A stretch of DNA of 64,000 nucleotides from Rhodospirillales bacterium (GCA_038143065.1 JAYQLI010000035.1:2368894-2432893), one strand, 5' to 3'. Numbered from the stretch's first letter, positions 37,166-48,667 are shown. Notes: generated by a model not told the origin, from the letters alone. Made by a program: numbers and translations.

Positions 37166-37266
37166 TATCTGTGCTCCGAATTTACTTGCTTCGCTGGATT
37201 GGCGAGGCTTATTTGAACGTCCAATGAAGCCAGCACTGGGCTGACAGTCAAGCTTGGGGCCACTTT

Positions 37267-37818
37267 TTAGCGGTTTCCTCGAATTGCAGCGGCAGATAAT
37301 CGAAGTTCGCGGGCCCGCTCTAAAATTCTATTTTCAATGTTGATTGTTGTTTTGGTTTCAGTGGTTGCAGTGCGCCAAACGCCATCTTTCTCTGTTTCTT
37401 TGAATATAGCCACCCTAAGGCCGTCTGCTCGCAACTGCCGATCCAGTATGAATATGTTCAACTTGAAACGTTCGTTTGGGGTTTCAGGTGGCGAGTACCA
37501 ATCTGTAAGGATTACGCCGCCAAACGGATCTGCAGACGAGAGAGGCATGAAAGAAACAGTATCTAATGCAGCTCGCCACAGGAAGCTGTTTACTGCTATT
37601 CCTGAGCCTGCTCCACCACCTTCTTTATCCTCACTTCCCCCACCAAACAGATTAAATGAGCCGTCGAATATACCTTTGTCTTGACTGGTGTCATAACCAT
37701 CGCCACCACCTCTTTGTATACGTTTGGAGGATGGGTAAACTGTGTTGTCAGACAGGTCGGCGCCACAAGCCGTCAGTGCTAATCCAGCTGCTACAAATAA
37801 GATAAAATGGGATCGCAT
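37267..37818 (-). CDS. DUF3576-family lipoprotein
   Basis: Lipobox LTAC and [33 protein letters not shown]. Usual position upstream of leuS. Confidence 0.85.
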   Translation of the reverse strand: MRSHFILFVAAGLALTACGADLSDNTVYPSSKRIQRGGGDGYDTSQDKGIFDGSFNLFGGGSEDKEGGGAGSGIAVNSFLWRAALDTVSFMPLSSADPFGGVILTDWYSPPETPNERFKLNIFILDRQLRADGLRVAIFKETEKDGVWRTATTETKTTINIENRILERARELRLSAAAIRGNR

Positions 37819-37964
37819 AAGCGCGTCCTTCAGTGTTGGCGAATAAACTATATTTAACGATAAAGTTGCCAGCTTTGAAGACCTGAAATATTCAGCATGG
37901 CGAGGCTCAAGATACAACGCTATCATGCACATCTAAATTTTAGACTTAGGAGCAATATTCCCCC

Positions 37965-38912
37965 ATGAGCCTTAAAGTTGCCATACAAATGGATCCGATC
38001 GAAAATATCGACATCAATGGCGACTCAACGTTCGTCATGGGGCTAGAAGCTCAATCACGTGGTCACTCTATATGGCACTATTTGCCAACAGCTCTCTCTC
38101 TGCGTGATGGGCGTGTTACGGCTCAAGCTCGACGATTAGAGCTTAGAAGAGAGATTGGAAGTCACTTTACGTTAGCTGATTTTGAGCCAATTGACCTGGC
38201 TGAAGTAGATGTAGTTCTTATGCGCCAGGATCCACCTTTTGATATGGCGTACATAACCGCTACTCATGTTCTTGAGCACATTCACCCGAAAACACTTGTG
38301 GTCAATGATCCTGCCCAGGTCAGGAATGCTCCAGAAAAACTTTTTGTCACACACTTCGAAGGAGTTATGCCCCCAACTCTTATTACCTCTGATCTTTCTG
38401 CGATTGTTGATTTTCGTGAAGAGCATGAGGACATCATTATTAAACCGCTTTTTGGTAATGGTGGAGCAGGCGTTTTTCATCTACAGCCGGGGGATGAGAA
38501 CCTGTCATCCCTGCATGAACTGTTCAGTCATTTCTATAGGGAGCCATTAATTGCCCAGCGCTATCTTCCTGAAGTGAGGGAGGGTGACAAACGAATTATA
38601 TTGATTGATGGAGAGCCAGCTGGTGCTATCGATCGTGTTCCTGCCGCTGGTGAGGCTCGAGCTAATATGCATGTAGGTGGTAGAGCCGTTAAAGCAGGCC
38701 TTTCTGCTCGAGATATTGAAATTTGTAATATAATTGGCCCTTCTCTCAGAGAGCGTGGTTTGCTGTTTGTTGGCATAGATGTGATCGGAGATTATTTGAC
38801 TGAAATCAATGTCACCTCGCCAACCGGCCTTCAGGAGATTAATGCTTTTGATGATACAAGGTTGGAAGCGCAGATTTGGGATGCAATAGAAGCTAAAATT
38901 AGATCGAGGTGA
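37965..38912 (+). CDS. gshB: Glutathione synthetase
   Basis: [22 protein letters not shown] and EINVTSPTG. Confidence 0.96.
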   Translation: MSLKVAIQMDPIENIDINGDSTFVMGLEAQSRGHSIWHYLPTALSLRDGRVTAQARRLELRREIGSHFTLADFEPIDLAEVDVVLMRQDPPFDMAYITATHVLEHIHPKTLVVNDPAQVRNAPEKLFVTHFEGVMPPTLITSDLSAIVDFREEHEDIIIKPLFGNGGAGVFHLQPGDENLSSLHELFSHFYREPLIAQRYLPEVREGDKRIILIDGEPAGAIDRVPAAGEARANMHVGGRAVKAGLSARDIEICNIIGPSLRERGLLFVGIDVIGDYLTEINVTSPTGLQEINAFDDTRLEAQIWDAIEAKIRSR

Positions 38913-38956
38913 TTCTGTCGCGGGGTAAACCTTGCTCTCAGTACTCATTTCGTTAT

Positions 38957-38990
38957 CCAGTCCCATTTTTAAGGATGGGGACTTGGCTTT
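38957..38990 (+). terminator. Possible intrinsic terminator after gshB
   Basis: Imperfect inverted repeat CCAGTCCCAT...ATGGGGACTTGG followed by CTTT. Confidence 0.35.
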
Positions 38991-39139
38991 AGTCACGAAA
39001 AAGTACGTATCGAATGACTCTGAACGGGATGCTCTGAAAACATATATTAGGAAACGGAACAAACAATTTTAGAGAAGTGCTTTCTCCTCGACTGTTACGA
39101 GTCTAATATTAATCAAACATTATTTTTTGAGGCTGTGAA

Positions 39140-39721
39140 ATGACCCAAGGTGTAAATCGTCAAGAGGCAATTCCCGCTCTATTAGCTGACCATGATGACA
39201 TGCTCATCGTGACAGGCTTAGCTGGCTCTGCCAAAGATATAGGTGCCCTTACGAAGGATGGAGATCACACCTTTACTATGGCAGGTGCGATGGGCGGAGC
39301 TACTGCTATGGGGCTTGGCCTGGCTTTGGCCCAGCCAGATAAAAAGGTGGTTGTCGTTACAGGCGATGGTGAGTTGTTAATGAATATGTCGTCCCTGGCG
39401 ACAGTAGCGGTTGCCAAGGCGCCTAACTTACACATCATCTGTGTAGATAACGGCCACTATCAAGAAACGGGCAACCAAGAGAGTCATACCTCAAAAGGCG
39501 TAGATCTTGCGGCGGTAGCTTCTGGATCTGGTATTAAGACCTGCAGAACTGTTACAGCTATGGACGAAGTGGAAGATGCAAGACGTCTTTTAGCCGGAGC
39601 TAATGACACTTGTTTTATCCATCTAAAAATAGACGGGACACCTCCACCTGTATTCAAGCGTGATTTGGATGCAGCAAATGTAAAGACGCGTTTTCGCCGT
39701 CTAGTTCTTGGCCACGCCTGA
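39140..39721 (+). CDS. ThDP-binding protein, sulfopyruvate/phosphonopyruvate decarboxylase beta-subunit-like
   Basis: GAMG..GLGLALA and the ThDP motif GDGELLMN...DNGHY.ETG.Q. Only 193 aa, so it is the PP domain alone. Confidence 0.8.
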   Translation: MTQGVNRQEAIPALLADHDDMLIVTGLAGSAKDIGALTKDGDHTFTMAGAMGGATAMGLGLALAQPDKKVVVVTGDGELLMNMSSLATVAVAKAPNLHIICVDNGHYQETGNQESHTSKGVDLAAVASGSGIKTCRTVTAMDEVEDARRLLAGANDTCFIHLKIDGTPPPVFKRDLDAANVKTRFRRLVLGHA

Positions 39722-39725
39722 TTTT

Positions 39726-40598
39726 ATGTCTTCGCTGAACATCCAGCCACTTCATAAAAGTTTTGGAGTAAGTGCGACTGGCATCGATTTGTCTGGCGAT
39801 TTAGCTGACGAATTTGTTGATCAGATCTGGGGTCTGATAGACGAATACTCGTTCGTTGTGTTTCCTGGTCAAGACGGTTTCAATGACGATAAGCATCTTG
39901 GTTTCACACGTCTCCTGGGTTCTCCCGAGCCAAGCCACGTAGCCAAGGGCGAAGAGGGTAAGCTTGAGTATTTTGGTACAATTGGGAATGTTCAGCCAGA
40001 CGGAACAGCTCTCGGTAATGAGCATCGAAAAACCAAGTTTCTCACTGGAAATAATCTTTGGCATTCAGATGCCTCGTTTAAGCCTGTACCAGCGGCGTTA
40101 TCAGTTATGTGTGCTTATGAAACTCCTTCAGAAGGGGGGCAGACGCTTTTTGCATCCACACGCTCTGCTTACGCGCAACTGGATGCTGATCTAAAGAATA
40201 AGCTGGATCCAATGGTAGGGATCCATGACTACACATTTTCGAGATCAAAAGTGTCTCCTGACGCAGTTTCACCATCACTTTCGGCCTCTCTACCTCCAGT
40301 CAGGCAGAAACTTGTTAGGACCAACCCGACCAATAAACTTAAAAATCTTTTTATTGGATCTCATGTTGGAGAGATTGAAGGCTTGGGATTCGATGAGAGT
40401 CGAGCACTCCTTGACCAGCTGGTTGAGCTTTCAGTGCATGAAGAGAACATAGTCACACATGCTTGGCAGCCTGGTGACCTTGTCATTTGGGATAACCGCT
40501 GCTTGATACATCGTGGTGCTGGCTATGATGCAGACAAGTATCGTCGTCTGATGCGTCAAACGAGGGTCGCAGGGACGGCTTCAAGTTTAGAAGAATAG
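39726..40598 (+). CDS. TauD/TfdA-family Fe(II)/2-oxoglutarate dioxygenase
   Basis: GNNLWHSDASF (HxD), GGQTLF and WDNRCLIHRG. Confidence 0.9.
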   Translation: MSSLNIQPLHKSFGVSATGIDLSGDLADEFVDQIWGLIDEYSFVVFPGQDGFNDDKHLGFTRLLGSPEPSHVAKGEEGKLEYFGTIGNVQPDGTALGNEHRKTKFLTGNNLWHSDASFKPVPAALSVMCAYETPSEGGQTLFASTRSAYAQLDADLKNKLDPMVGIHDYTFSRSKVSPDAVSPSLSASLPPVRQKLVRTNPTNKLKNLFIGSHVGEIEGLGFDESRALLDQLVELSVHEENIVTHAWQPGDLVIWDNRCLIHRGAGYDADKYRRLMRQTRVAGTASSLEE

Positions 40599-40666
40599 GG
40601 TTAAGATTTTCCAATATTCACAGTAATCCTACTTTTCTCGATGGAATCCTGCTTGCATGCTTGCCG

Positions 40667-41113
40667 TCACAATTTTCGCAAGGGATCATTCAGGAGATTC
40701 AGGCGATAAGCAGCAGTCCTCGCAAAGCGCGTTAAAATGGCCTTTCGCCTTGCAGCGCTTACGGGTGAAGGCTGGGCTTGGCTAATCAATGAACCAGTGA
40801 ATTGATCTACTCTCATAAAGCCTTGATGGGCTGGTATCAATTCGTCAGGAAAACTCTCAGGAACGGCAAAGTAAAATTGGTCGCAATACTCTAGATAAGA
40901 TTGCCATTTTTGGTCGGATAAAAAATCATTTCGGCTACTTTTGACCTCTACAGCAATTAATGAAGCGTCTTTTCCCACACCGAAAACATCGACCCGCCTT
41001 CCAGAGGCAAGCGTGAATTCCGTGAGAGGCGCATAGCCAAGATCAGTTAGCAGCCTAGCGGCGCCTCGAGCTAAGAGAATTCCTGTTTGCGTTTTCTTAT
41101 CGTTACTTTGCAA
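40667..41113 (-). CDS. mmcB: MmcB-family DNA repair putative endonuclease
   Basis: PD-(D/E)xK pattern GRRVDV...VEVKSSRNDFLSDQKWQSYLEYCDQFYFAVP. Confidence 0.85.
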   Translation of the reverse strand: MQSNDKKTQTGILLARGAARLLTDLGYAPLTEFTLASGRRVDVFGVGKDASLIAVEVKSSRNDFLSDQKWQSYLEYCDQFYFAVPESFPDELIPAHQGFMRVDQFTGSLISQAQPSPVSAARRKAILTRFARTAAYRLNLLNDPLRKL

Positions 41114-41199
41114 TTTGTTGGCCGGAAGTGTTTTTATGTTGTCTTAAAATCTTCTAAAAATTCAGCTTTTTATTTTACCCCATTCTACGCATGCGAGTT

Positions 41200-41468
41200 T
41201 TAATCACTGGGCGCCTTGAGTTCTAAGGAGAGCGCATGAATTGGGCCTGCCAATTCATCGGCCAGCACTGCATAGACAAGTCTTTGGCGCTGTACTCTAT
41301 TTTGACCCTCAAATTTTGAAGAGACTAGTCTAACGTGAAAATGTGTTTCGCCACCTTCACGGTGCCCCACGTGACCACGATGACTTTCTGATTGATCCTC
41401 TATTTCTAATAGCTGGGGGAAAATAGATCGTTAAGTTTTGATCGAATATTTTCTGTAATGATGCCCAT
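41200..41468 (-). CDS. bolA: BolA-family protein (one base missing in the homopolymer near 41415-41419; absent from ORF track)
   Basis: Manual translation: MGIITENIRSKLNDLFSP/QLLEIEDQSESHRGHVGHREGGETHFHVRLVSSKFEGQNRVQRQRLVYAVLADELAGPIHALSLELKAPSD*. The span is 269 nt (270 minus 1). SD GGAG upstream. Confidence 0.9.
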
Positions 41469-41485
41469 AAAAGCTCCCTGTAATT

Positions 41486-43561
41486 TTACCCAACTCGGGC
41501 GTATCTTGCTGCTGCGTCTCGTTCAAAAAGATATAGTAACGTGCGAAGAGCTTGCGCCCTAGACGATTTTAATTCTGGGTCTTTAGCTATAATTAAATCT
41601 ACGTCTCGACGAGCAATGGCGACTAGATCCGACTGAGTGTCCAAATTGGCTATTCGGAATTGAGGTAAACCACTTTGTCTGGTTCCAAGAACTTCTCCTG
41701 CCCCCCGGAGACGTAAATCTTCTTCAGCAATTTTAAACCCATCATCTGTAGTAGATACTGCAAGTAGCCGCTGTTTGGCTGCCTCAGAAATTCTGTCAGC
41801 TCGAAGTAATAGGCAGAAAGATTGCTTTTCACCTCGGCCAACACGACCTCGCAATTGGTGTAATTGTGCGAGCCCAAACCTCTCGGCATGCTCAATCACA
41901 ATGATGGTTGCCTCAGGCACGTCTACGCCTACTTCCACTACTGTGGTGGCAACCAAGAGTCGTGCTTCGCCTGATGCAAACCTAGCCATTGCAGAGTCTC
42001 TTTCATGGGATTTCATCTGACCATGGGCAAGCGCTACTTGGTCACCAAAATGCGCACGTAGGCTCTCGGCTCTTGCTTCAGCGGCCGCAAGGTCTGACAC
42101 CTCAGACTCCTCAACAAGAGGACATATCCAATACACGCGCTCACCCCGTCCTATAGCACGACCAATGCCATCAATTACGTCATCGATACGCCCTAGTGGG
42201 GTTACTGTCGTTTTTATGGTTTGACGGCCTGGGGGTTTTTCAGGGATCGCGATATGGTCCATATCCCCATAAGCTGTGAGCATAAGGGTCCGTGGAATAG
42301 GGTCGCGGTCATCGCAAGCATATGTGGAGCGAGACCTTTAGCAGAAAGGGCCATCCGTTGGTCCACACCAAAACGATGCTGCTCATCTACTACTATTAAC
42401 GCTAGATCTTTGAAGTTGACGCTATTTTGAAATAAGGCGTGAGTTCCAATAAGGAGATCAATTTCGCCAGCCATTAACGCTATCAGCGTTGCTTCTCGAG
42501 ATTTCCCTTTATCGCGTCCAGTTAATACAGCGACACGAATCCCAATTTTTTCACCCAGCATCTGGAGGGTGCGTCCATGCTGTCGCGCAAGAACATCAGT
42601 GGGTGCCATTAATGTTGCTTGCGCTCCTGCTTCAATAACCGCGAGGCATGCTAGGAATGCGACAACTGTTTTCCCGCTCCCAACATCTCCTTGAAGCAGG
42701 CGTTGCATTCTTCTCCCTGACTTCATGTCACCAAGAATTTCTGAAAGCGCAACAAATTGGCCATTTGTCAGTTTAAATGGGAGAGCATCTAGGGCTGTTG
42801 AAAGTTTTTCATTAGAAAGAGTTAGTGACCGTCCTTTAAGGTGCACGCGCCGTTGACGAATGAGAGCCAGAGCTAGCTGATTGGCCAGTATTTCATCGTA
42901 AGCGAGCCGTTCACGAGGGGTGAACTTGGTTCTAGGTCTTCTAAAGTTTTTGGAGAATGGGCTGCTGTAAGAGCTGTCTTCCAGCTTGGCCACTTATACT
43001 TTTCAAGAAGACTCTATCTAACCATTCTGGGAGGTCTGGAGCTTTGGTAAGGGCCTCTGTGACTGCTTTCCTTAAAGTTTTGGGCGCTAACCCAGCCGTC
43101 ATTGGATAAACAGGCTCATGATTTGGCAACTCTTTTTCTTGCCCGGGCACAATTATGTAATCTGGGTGTGAAATCTGAAGTCGATCTTTAAATTTTTCCA
43201 AATGCCCTGAAATAACGCGCTTCTCACCCACAGGGAGCTGCTTGTTCAGCCATTCTTTTCGAGCATGAAAAAATACAAGGTCAATTGCTCCAGTTCCATC
43301 GCTTGCCTTCACCCGTGTCGGGCTTCGACCGTGACCATAGCGATGTTGAAGTACTTCTATATCTAATGTGGCAATCCGGCCGTGTTCAGCCATTGCGATT
43401 TTTGGGTGATAACTTCGGTCAATAACGCCTGTTGGAAGGTTCAAACAAAGATCAATTACATTTTGACCGGCTGCCTTAGCTATTAACTCAGCCACGCGCG
43501 GCCCAACACCTTTCAATGTGGTGACTGAATGAAAAAGCTGAAAAAGGACTTCTGGCCGCAC
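41486..43561 (-). CDS. recG: ATP-dependent DNA helicase RecG (frameshifts near 42995 and 42297)
   Basis: MRPEVLF..LKGVG, QGDVGSGKT, DEQHRFG, AERFGLAQLHQLRGRVGRG and GTRQSG. Confidence 0.93.
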
Positions 43562-43621
43562 TCGTATTGCTCCCTTGCCAACGATATATCCTAATACTTA
43601 GTAAGAACAGGAACGACCCCT

Positions 43622-43879
43622 ATGTCTGAAAATGATCGTCGTAAGCGCTTGCGCTACCGTGCTTGGCACCGTGGTACAAAGGAAAGCGACATAATTTTAG
43701 GAACTTTTGCGGATGCAAAACTCCCATCATTAGAAAATGATGGCTTAGATGCTTTTGAGGCGCTTTTGGATGTCCCTGATCCTGTAATCTATGACTGGGT
43801 TACTGGTCGCGTTCCTGTCCCAGATGAGATGGATACGCCTCTTATCAGGGAGCTTCTGGCATTCAAGATCAATCTTTGA
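43622..43879 (+). CDS. sdhE: Succinate dehydrogenase assembly factor 2
   Basis: YRAWHRGTKESD (RGxxE motif). Located between recG and mfd. Confidence 0.92.
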   Translation: MSENDRRKRLRYRAWHRGTKESDIILGTFADAKLPSLENDGLDAFEALLDVPDPVIYDWVTGRVPVPDEMDTPLIRELLAFKINL

Positions 43880-46800
43880 TGCATGAAGACCCCATCCAGC
43901 TTTTGCCGGGGCGGATACCATTTGCGGGTTCGCCAGATGGGGCAGAGGCATTTGCCACGCGAGAAATTGTTCGTCGCACAGGTGCAAGCCGAATACTTTT
44001 CGTTGCTAGAGATGCAGAACGGCGTGCTAGGTTTGAAAACGATATAGCTGTTTTTCTTCCAAGCGCCCATTTGATCAGCATGCCTGCATGGGACTGTTTG
44101 CCTTATGACCGTTCTTCTCCAAATCGGGAAATTATATCTGCACGTATGAAAGCCTTTGGAGAGATTGGCAGGGTGTCCGAGAGCAATCTCACGCTGATTT
44201 CTACCACTGTCAGCGCTCTTCTGCAGCGCATTCCCCCTGCCGCCTCCATTACCTCTGGAATGGAAATATCTGTTGGCGGAGGGTTTAGTGAAGACGCTTT
44301 TCAATCATTTGTGTCTATAAATGGTTATGTGCGTTCGGACACTGTAATGGAACCCGGTGAGTTTGCCCTTCGTGGTTCTATTGTTGACGTATTCCCCGCA
44401 GGGTCTTCCACGCCAGCGAGAATTGATCTTTTTGGTGACGAAGTCGAGGGTATCCGAAGCTTTGATCCACTGACTCAGCGTAGTGAGGGCAGTCTAAATA
44501 AGCTCTCACTGGCGCCAGCATCTGAAGCGCCACTTGATGCTAAAGCCATAGAACGTTTTCGGTCAGGTTATGGTGCTACTTTTGGCGGCGAGGCAATTAA
44601 CGACCCGTTATATGTGTCGGTGTCAGCAGGTCGACGGCATCCAGGTATGGAGCATTGGCTACCAATGTTTCACCCTGAAATGGCGACGCTTTTTGACCTT
44701 CTTCCCAAAGATGCTGTGATTGTGCTGGATCATGCCATTGATGAGGCTATCAGGGCTAGATTTGAGACTATTGCCGATCATTTTTCTGCACGTGCTGAAA
44801 CTTTGTCCGAGATAGTAGATGAGCAACCTTACAGGCCACTATCCCCCTCAATTATATTTAACACCAGATGAGTGGACGGAGCGATTAGCTGAATGGCCCT
44901 CGCTTGCTTTAGAGCAATTTTTAAGAGATGGCAGTTCTCTCTCGGCCAATACTACCCCAATCATTGACTTCGCAGAAGCTCGAGCTCGTTCTGACGCAGA
45001 CCTTTACCTCGCAGTAGGCGCTAGGTTGAGACAGGCAGTCGCCAATAAAAGGATTGCTGTTCTCGTAGCTTCTAGCCAGGGTGCGTTGGATCGTCTGAAG
45101 CGTTTGGTCGCCCAAGAGGGCGACTTTGAGGCAGTTCAAGCCGTTCAAACATTTGATGAGATCTTTAAGTTGCCACAAGGTGCAGCTGCTGGTGTGATAG
45201 CGGAGATTGATCGAGGATTTGAGACCGACACGCTACTGCTGATAACAGAGGCTGATATTGTTGGTGAGCGAATAAATCGTCGTCATCGCCGTCGTCGCCG
45301 GGCTGATACTTTTTTGACCGAGGTGAGTGATATTGTCGAGGGGATTTGGTTGTCCATCTTGAGCATGGAATTGGGCGCTATGAAGGGCTTGAGACAGTAA
45401 CAGCTGGAGGGGCGCCTCATGATTGCCTTAGAGTGATTTACGATGCTGGTGATCGTCTATTTGTTCCAGTTGAAAATATCGACGTTCTTTCCCGTTTTGG
45501 ATCAGATAGCGATGGAGCTACTTTAGATAGGCTAGGGGGTGCAGCGTGGCAGGCTCGGAGGGCTAAAGCAAAAGAACGGATCCGCGAAATGGCGGCTCAG
45601 TTAATCGCTGTCGCTGCGCAGCGTTTAACCAAGCCCGCTGAAAAATTGGTGGCACCCGAGGGTGTTTATGAGGAGTTTGCTGCTAAGTTTCCATTTGATG
45701 AGACAGAGGATCAGTTAAGCGCCATATCAGAAGTTTTTGAGGATATGTCCTCAGGTCGTCCGATGGATAGGCTAATTTGTGGCGATGTGGGTTTCGGTAA
45801 GACAGAGGTTGCTTTAAGGGCAGCATTGATCGCGGCTATGTCAGGCAGACAAGTAGCGCTTGTTGCTCCCACGACCCTTCTTGCTAGGCAGCACTTTTCA
45901 ACCTTCTCCAGACGGTTCCAAGGGTTGCCAGTTCAAGTGCGACAGCTATCCCGCCTTGTCACTGGTAAGGAGGCCACTGCAACTCGTGAAGGAATGAAAG
46001 ACGGAACGGTTGATGTGGTATTTGGGACCCATGCTTTATTAGCGGGATCGGTAGAAATACCAAATTTAGGCTTACTAATTATCGATGAAGAACAGCGATT
46101 TGGTGTGGCCCATAAGGAACGATTAAAAAAGCTTCGAAATGACGTCCATGTTCTTACGCTGACGGCAACCCCAATCCCTCGAACTCTTCAGATGGCTCTG
46201 GCAGGCGTTCGAGAGATGAGCGTGATAGCTACCCCACCGGTCGACCGTCTGGCAGTACGTACTTTTGTGGGGGAGTATGATTCCCTCCAGATCAAAGAGG
46301 CAATTCAGCGGGAACGCTTCCGAGGTGGCCAGACATTTTTTGTAGCCCCAAGGATTCGAGATCTGCCAACTTTAGTCGAGCGAGTGGAAAAGCTTGTTCC
46401 AGACGCCAGGACCGTTGTCGCGCATGGGCAATTGCCGCCTAGTCAGCTTGAAGACGTAATGTCAGCCTTCTACGAAGGGCGGTATGACGTTTTAATATCA
46501 ACAAATATTGTGGAGTCTGGTCTCGATATTCCAACTGCAAATACATTGCTTGTTCATAGGGCCGATCGTTTTGGTCTATCCCAGCTATACCAGCTGCGAG
46601 GGCGCATTGGACGCGGAAAAGAACGTGGATACTGCTATCTAACCCTTCCCAATGATCAGATTGTGACAAAAACTGCACTCCGCCGACTTGAAGTAATGCA
46701 AACCTTAGATGCACTGGGTGCTGGGTTTAATCTTGCTAGTCATGACTTAGATATTCGTGGGGGCGGAAACCTTCTAGGCGATGAGCAGTCGGGCCATATT

Positions 46801-47340
46801 CGCGAGGTGGGTGTTGAGCTGTATCAACAGATGTTGGAGGAGGCCGTCGCGGCCGCCCGTGCGCAAGACGATGCGAAACCCTTCAATGAAGCTTGGTCCC
46901 CACAAATTAATTTGGGCTCTGCTGTATTAATCCCCGAAGCATATGTACGGGAACTAAATACTCGACTTGGCCTCTATCGTCGTCTCGGAGCGCTAGAAAC
47001 AGAACAGGAATTGCAGGGTTTTGCCGCCGAACTTGTAGACAGGTTTGGGCCGTTACCACCGGAAGTGGAAAATCTATTAGAGGTTATGAGTGTAAAGCGG
47101 CTTTGTCGTCTTGCTCACGTGGCTAAATTAGATGTTGGGCCCAAAGGTGCCGTGGCCAGTTTCCATAATAATGACTTTCCAAATCCAGCTGGCCTAATTG
47201 AGTATCTCACTCAGCAAATGGGAACAGCTAAGCTGCGTCCAGATAATAAGTTAGTTGTAACGCGGGCATGGGAAGACCGAAAGGCGCGAGCTAAAGGAGT
47301 AAAGCGTTTGCTTTCAGGCCTTGCCAAAGTTGCCTCATAA
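43879..47340 (+). CDS. mfd: Transcription-repair coupling factor (frameshifts near 44847 and 45342)
   Basis: WDCLPYDRSSP, GEFALRG, VHLEHGIGRY, CGDVGFGKTE, DEEQRFG and QLYQLRGRIGR. Confidence 0.94.
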
Positions 47341-47404
47341 AAGCTTAAGCCCAAAATCACAGATACTTTTATATTGATGCTACCGATTAAACCCCTCAGG
47401 CGTT

Positions 47405-47829
47405 CTAGTCTAGAATCCTGCAGGAAAGTGACCAAACGGTGCGGTTTTCAGCTTGGATTTTGTCATAATTTATTTTTTGTTTTTTTGCTGATTTCCGGGC
47501 AGCTACCTCGAGAGATTGGCGGGTTGTTTCATCCAAGTCATCAAAATCTATAGAGAGAGTCGTTGGAATTTTTGATTTTCGAGGCGTTATATTTTTTCTT
47601 TTTTGGGTTTCCGCCCTCCAAAAATTTCTTCCCATCCAGATCTATATTCATCCGTGGAGACACTGGAAAAATAGCTTATGGGGCGGCTGCCACTCCCTGT
47701 CTTCTTACTAGTTGATGAGCTTGTTTCCGATGAAGTCGAAGTTTCAGATGTACTTGATGATGCCTTTTCTGCGGTCGCAGAAGTTGGCTTTGTCTCTTTA
47801 CTGGTAGCACTCTTTGCTTCTTTTGCCAT
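47405..47829 (-). CDS. Hypothetical protein with a Ser/Thr/Lys-rich N-terminus (two ORFs probably joined by a frameshift in the T-runs near 47593-47604)
   Basis: ORFs 47587-47829 and 47405-47635 overlap at poly-A runs and join into a protein of about 141 aa. Confidence 0.55.
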
Positions 47830-47978
47830 TGCTAATTGCCTACTTTGGACTTGAGTTTGGTCGGTTTATTACTCCAGGCAATCCTTTAAGAAAAGAGGGT
47901 ATTTTAATATCGGGTATTTGGCCTTGTGCTCGACTTAGACGATATACTCTAGAGCAAATTTGGCATCATTTTTGAGAC

Positions 47979-48063
47979 TGGTGCGGGCGGGGAGACTCGA
48001 ACTCCCACTTCCGAAGAAAACAGATTTTGAGTCTGCCGCGTCTACCGATTCCGCCACGCCCGC
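47979..48063 (-). tRNA. tRNA-Leu (anticodon CAA), 85 nt, long variable arm, encoded CCA
   Basis: Reverse complement: GCGGGCGTGGCGGAATCGGTAGACGCGGCAGACTCAAAATCTGTTTTCTTCGGAAGTGGGAGTTCGAGTCTCCCCGCCCGCACCA. Confidence 0.96.
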
Positions 48064-48130
48064 ACGTGACTTTTTGATCTTAAGGGCTGTAGATACAGGA
48101 TAGAGGGTAGCGTCGGCAAGCACCTCTGTT

Positions 48131-48601
48131 TCAGTTTGCCCAAATTGTTTTGGGTGCTTCACCAAGATCTGGATCGGTTTGACCTTTGATGGTTCTTGTC
48201 GCACCGCGGAAAGCGGCTATTAGCCTTTCATTTTCCCCTCGAACCTCAACATCAAAAAGACCATTCCGATTTGTTCTCGAAACCTCGCGTGCCGTAGCAA
48301 CTAAAGTTTCTCCCTGCTTTCCAGGCGAGATGAAGGTGATTTGACAGTGTTGTGCCAGTGTTTGATGGTTTTCACCATTACTAGCGTAGGCCATTGCTGT
48401 ATCAGCAAGAGTGAAAATAAAGCCGCCATGAGCAACTGAATGACCGTTAACCATATCATCTCGCACCACCATGTTTATTTTACACCACCCCATCCCAGCA
48501 GCATCTATTGAAATCCCAAGACTGCGGGCTGTTTCGTCTTTTGCATGTAGTGACTGGATGACTTTTTGGGCGAAGTTGTTTCGTGCATCTTCAATTGTCA
48601 T
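48131..48601 (-). CDS. paaI: PaaI-family hotdog thioesterase
   Basis: MVNGHSVAHGGFIFTLADTAMAYASN. ATG at 48601 is preferred because the longer start overlaps the divergent gene. Confidence 0.85.
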   Translation of the reverse strand: MTIEDARNNFAQKVIQSLHAKDETARSLGISIDAAGMGWCKINMVVRDDMVNGHSVAHGGFIFTLADTAMAYASNGENHQTLAQHCQITFISPGKQGETLVATAREVSRTNRNGLFDVEVRGENERLIAAFRGATRTIKGQTDPDLGEAPKTIWAN

Positions 48602-48667
48602 GGGTTTCTTTGTCCTAAGCCTGAATTCCTGTAGGCTAACTCTGTTAACAATGATCTGTGAACCAAC

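Noticed and set aside
38547-39062. 171-aa minus-strand ORF as the missing ThDP alpha subunit
   Set aside because: It is on the wrong strand, mostly antisense to gshB, and has no PYR-domain motifs.
41225-41320. Plus-strand AAGGAG followed by a 27-codon ORF (MNWACQF...) and a 9-bp hairpin ATGAATTGG/CCAATTCAT, suggesting an sRNA or small peptide
   Set aside because: It lies entirely antisense to the bolA coding sequence (DELAGPIH codons), which explains the sequence.
47341-48130. tRNA-Leu as an integration site for a genomic island
   Set aside because: I saw no integrase and no duplicated tRNA 3' end, and the flanks are ordinary genes.
47935-48204. 89-aa minus-strand ORF
   Set aside because: It is a translation through the tRNA-Leu gene.
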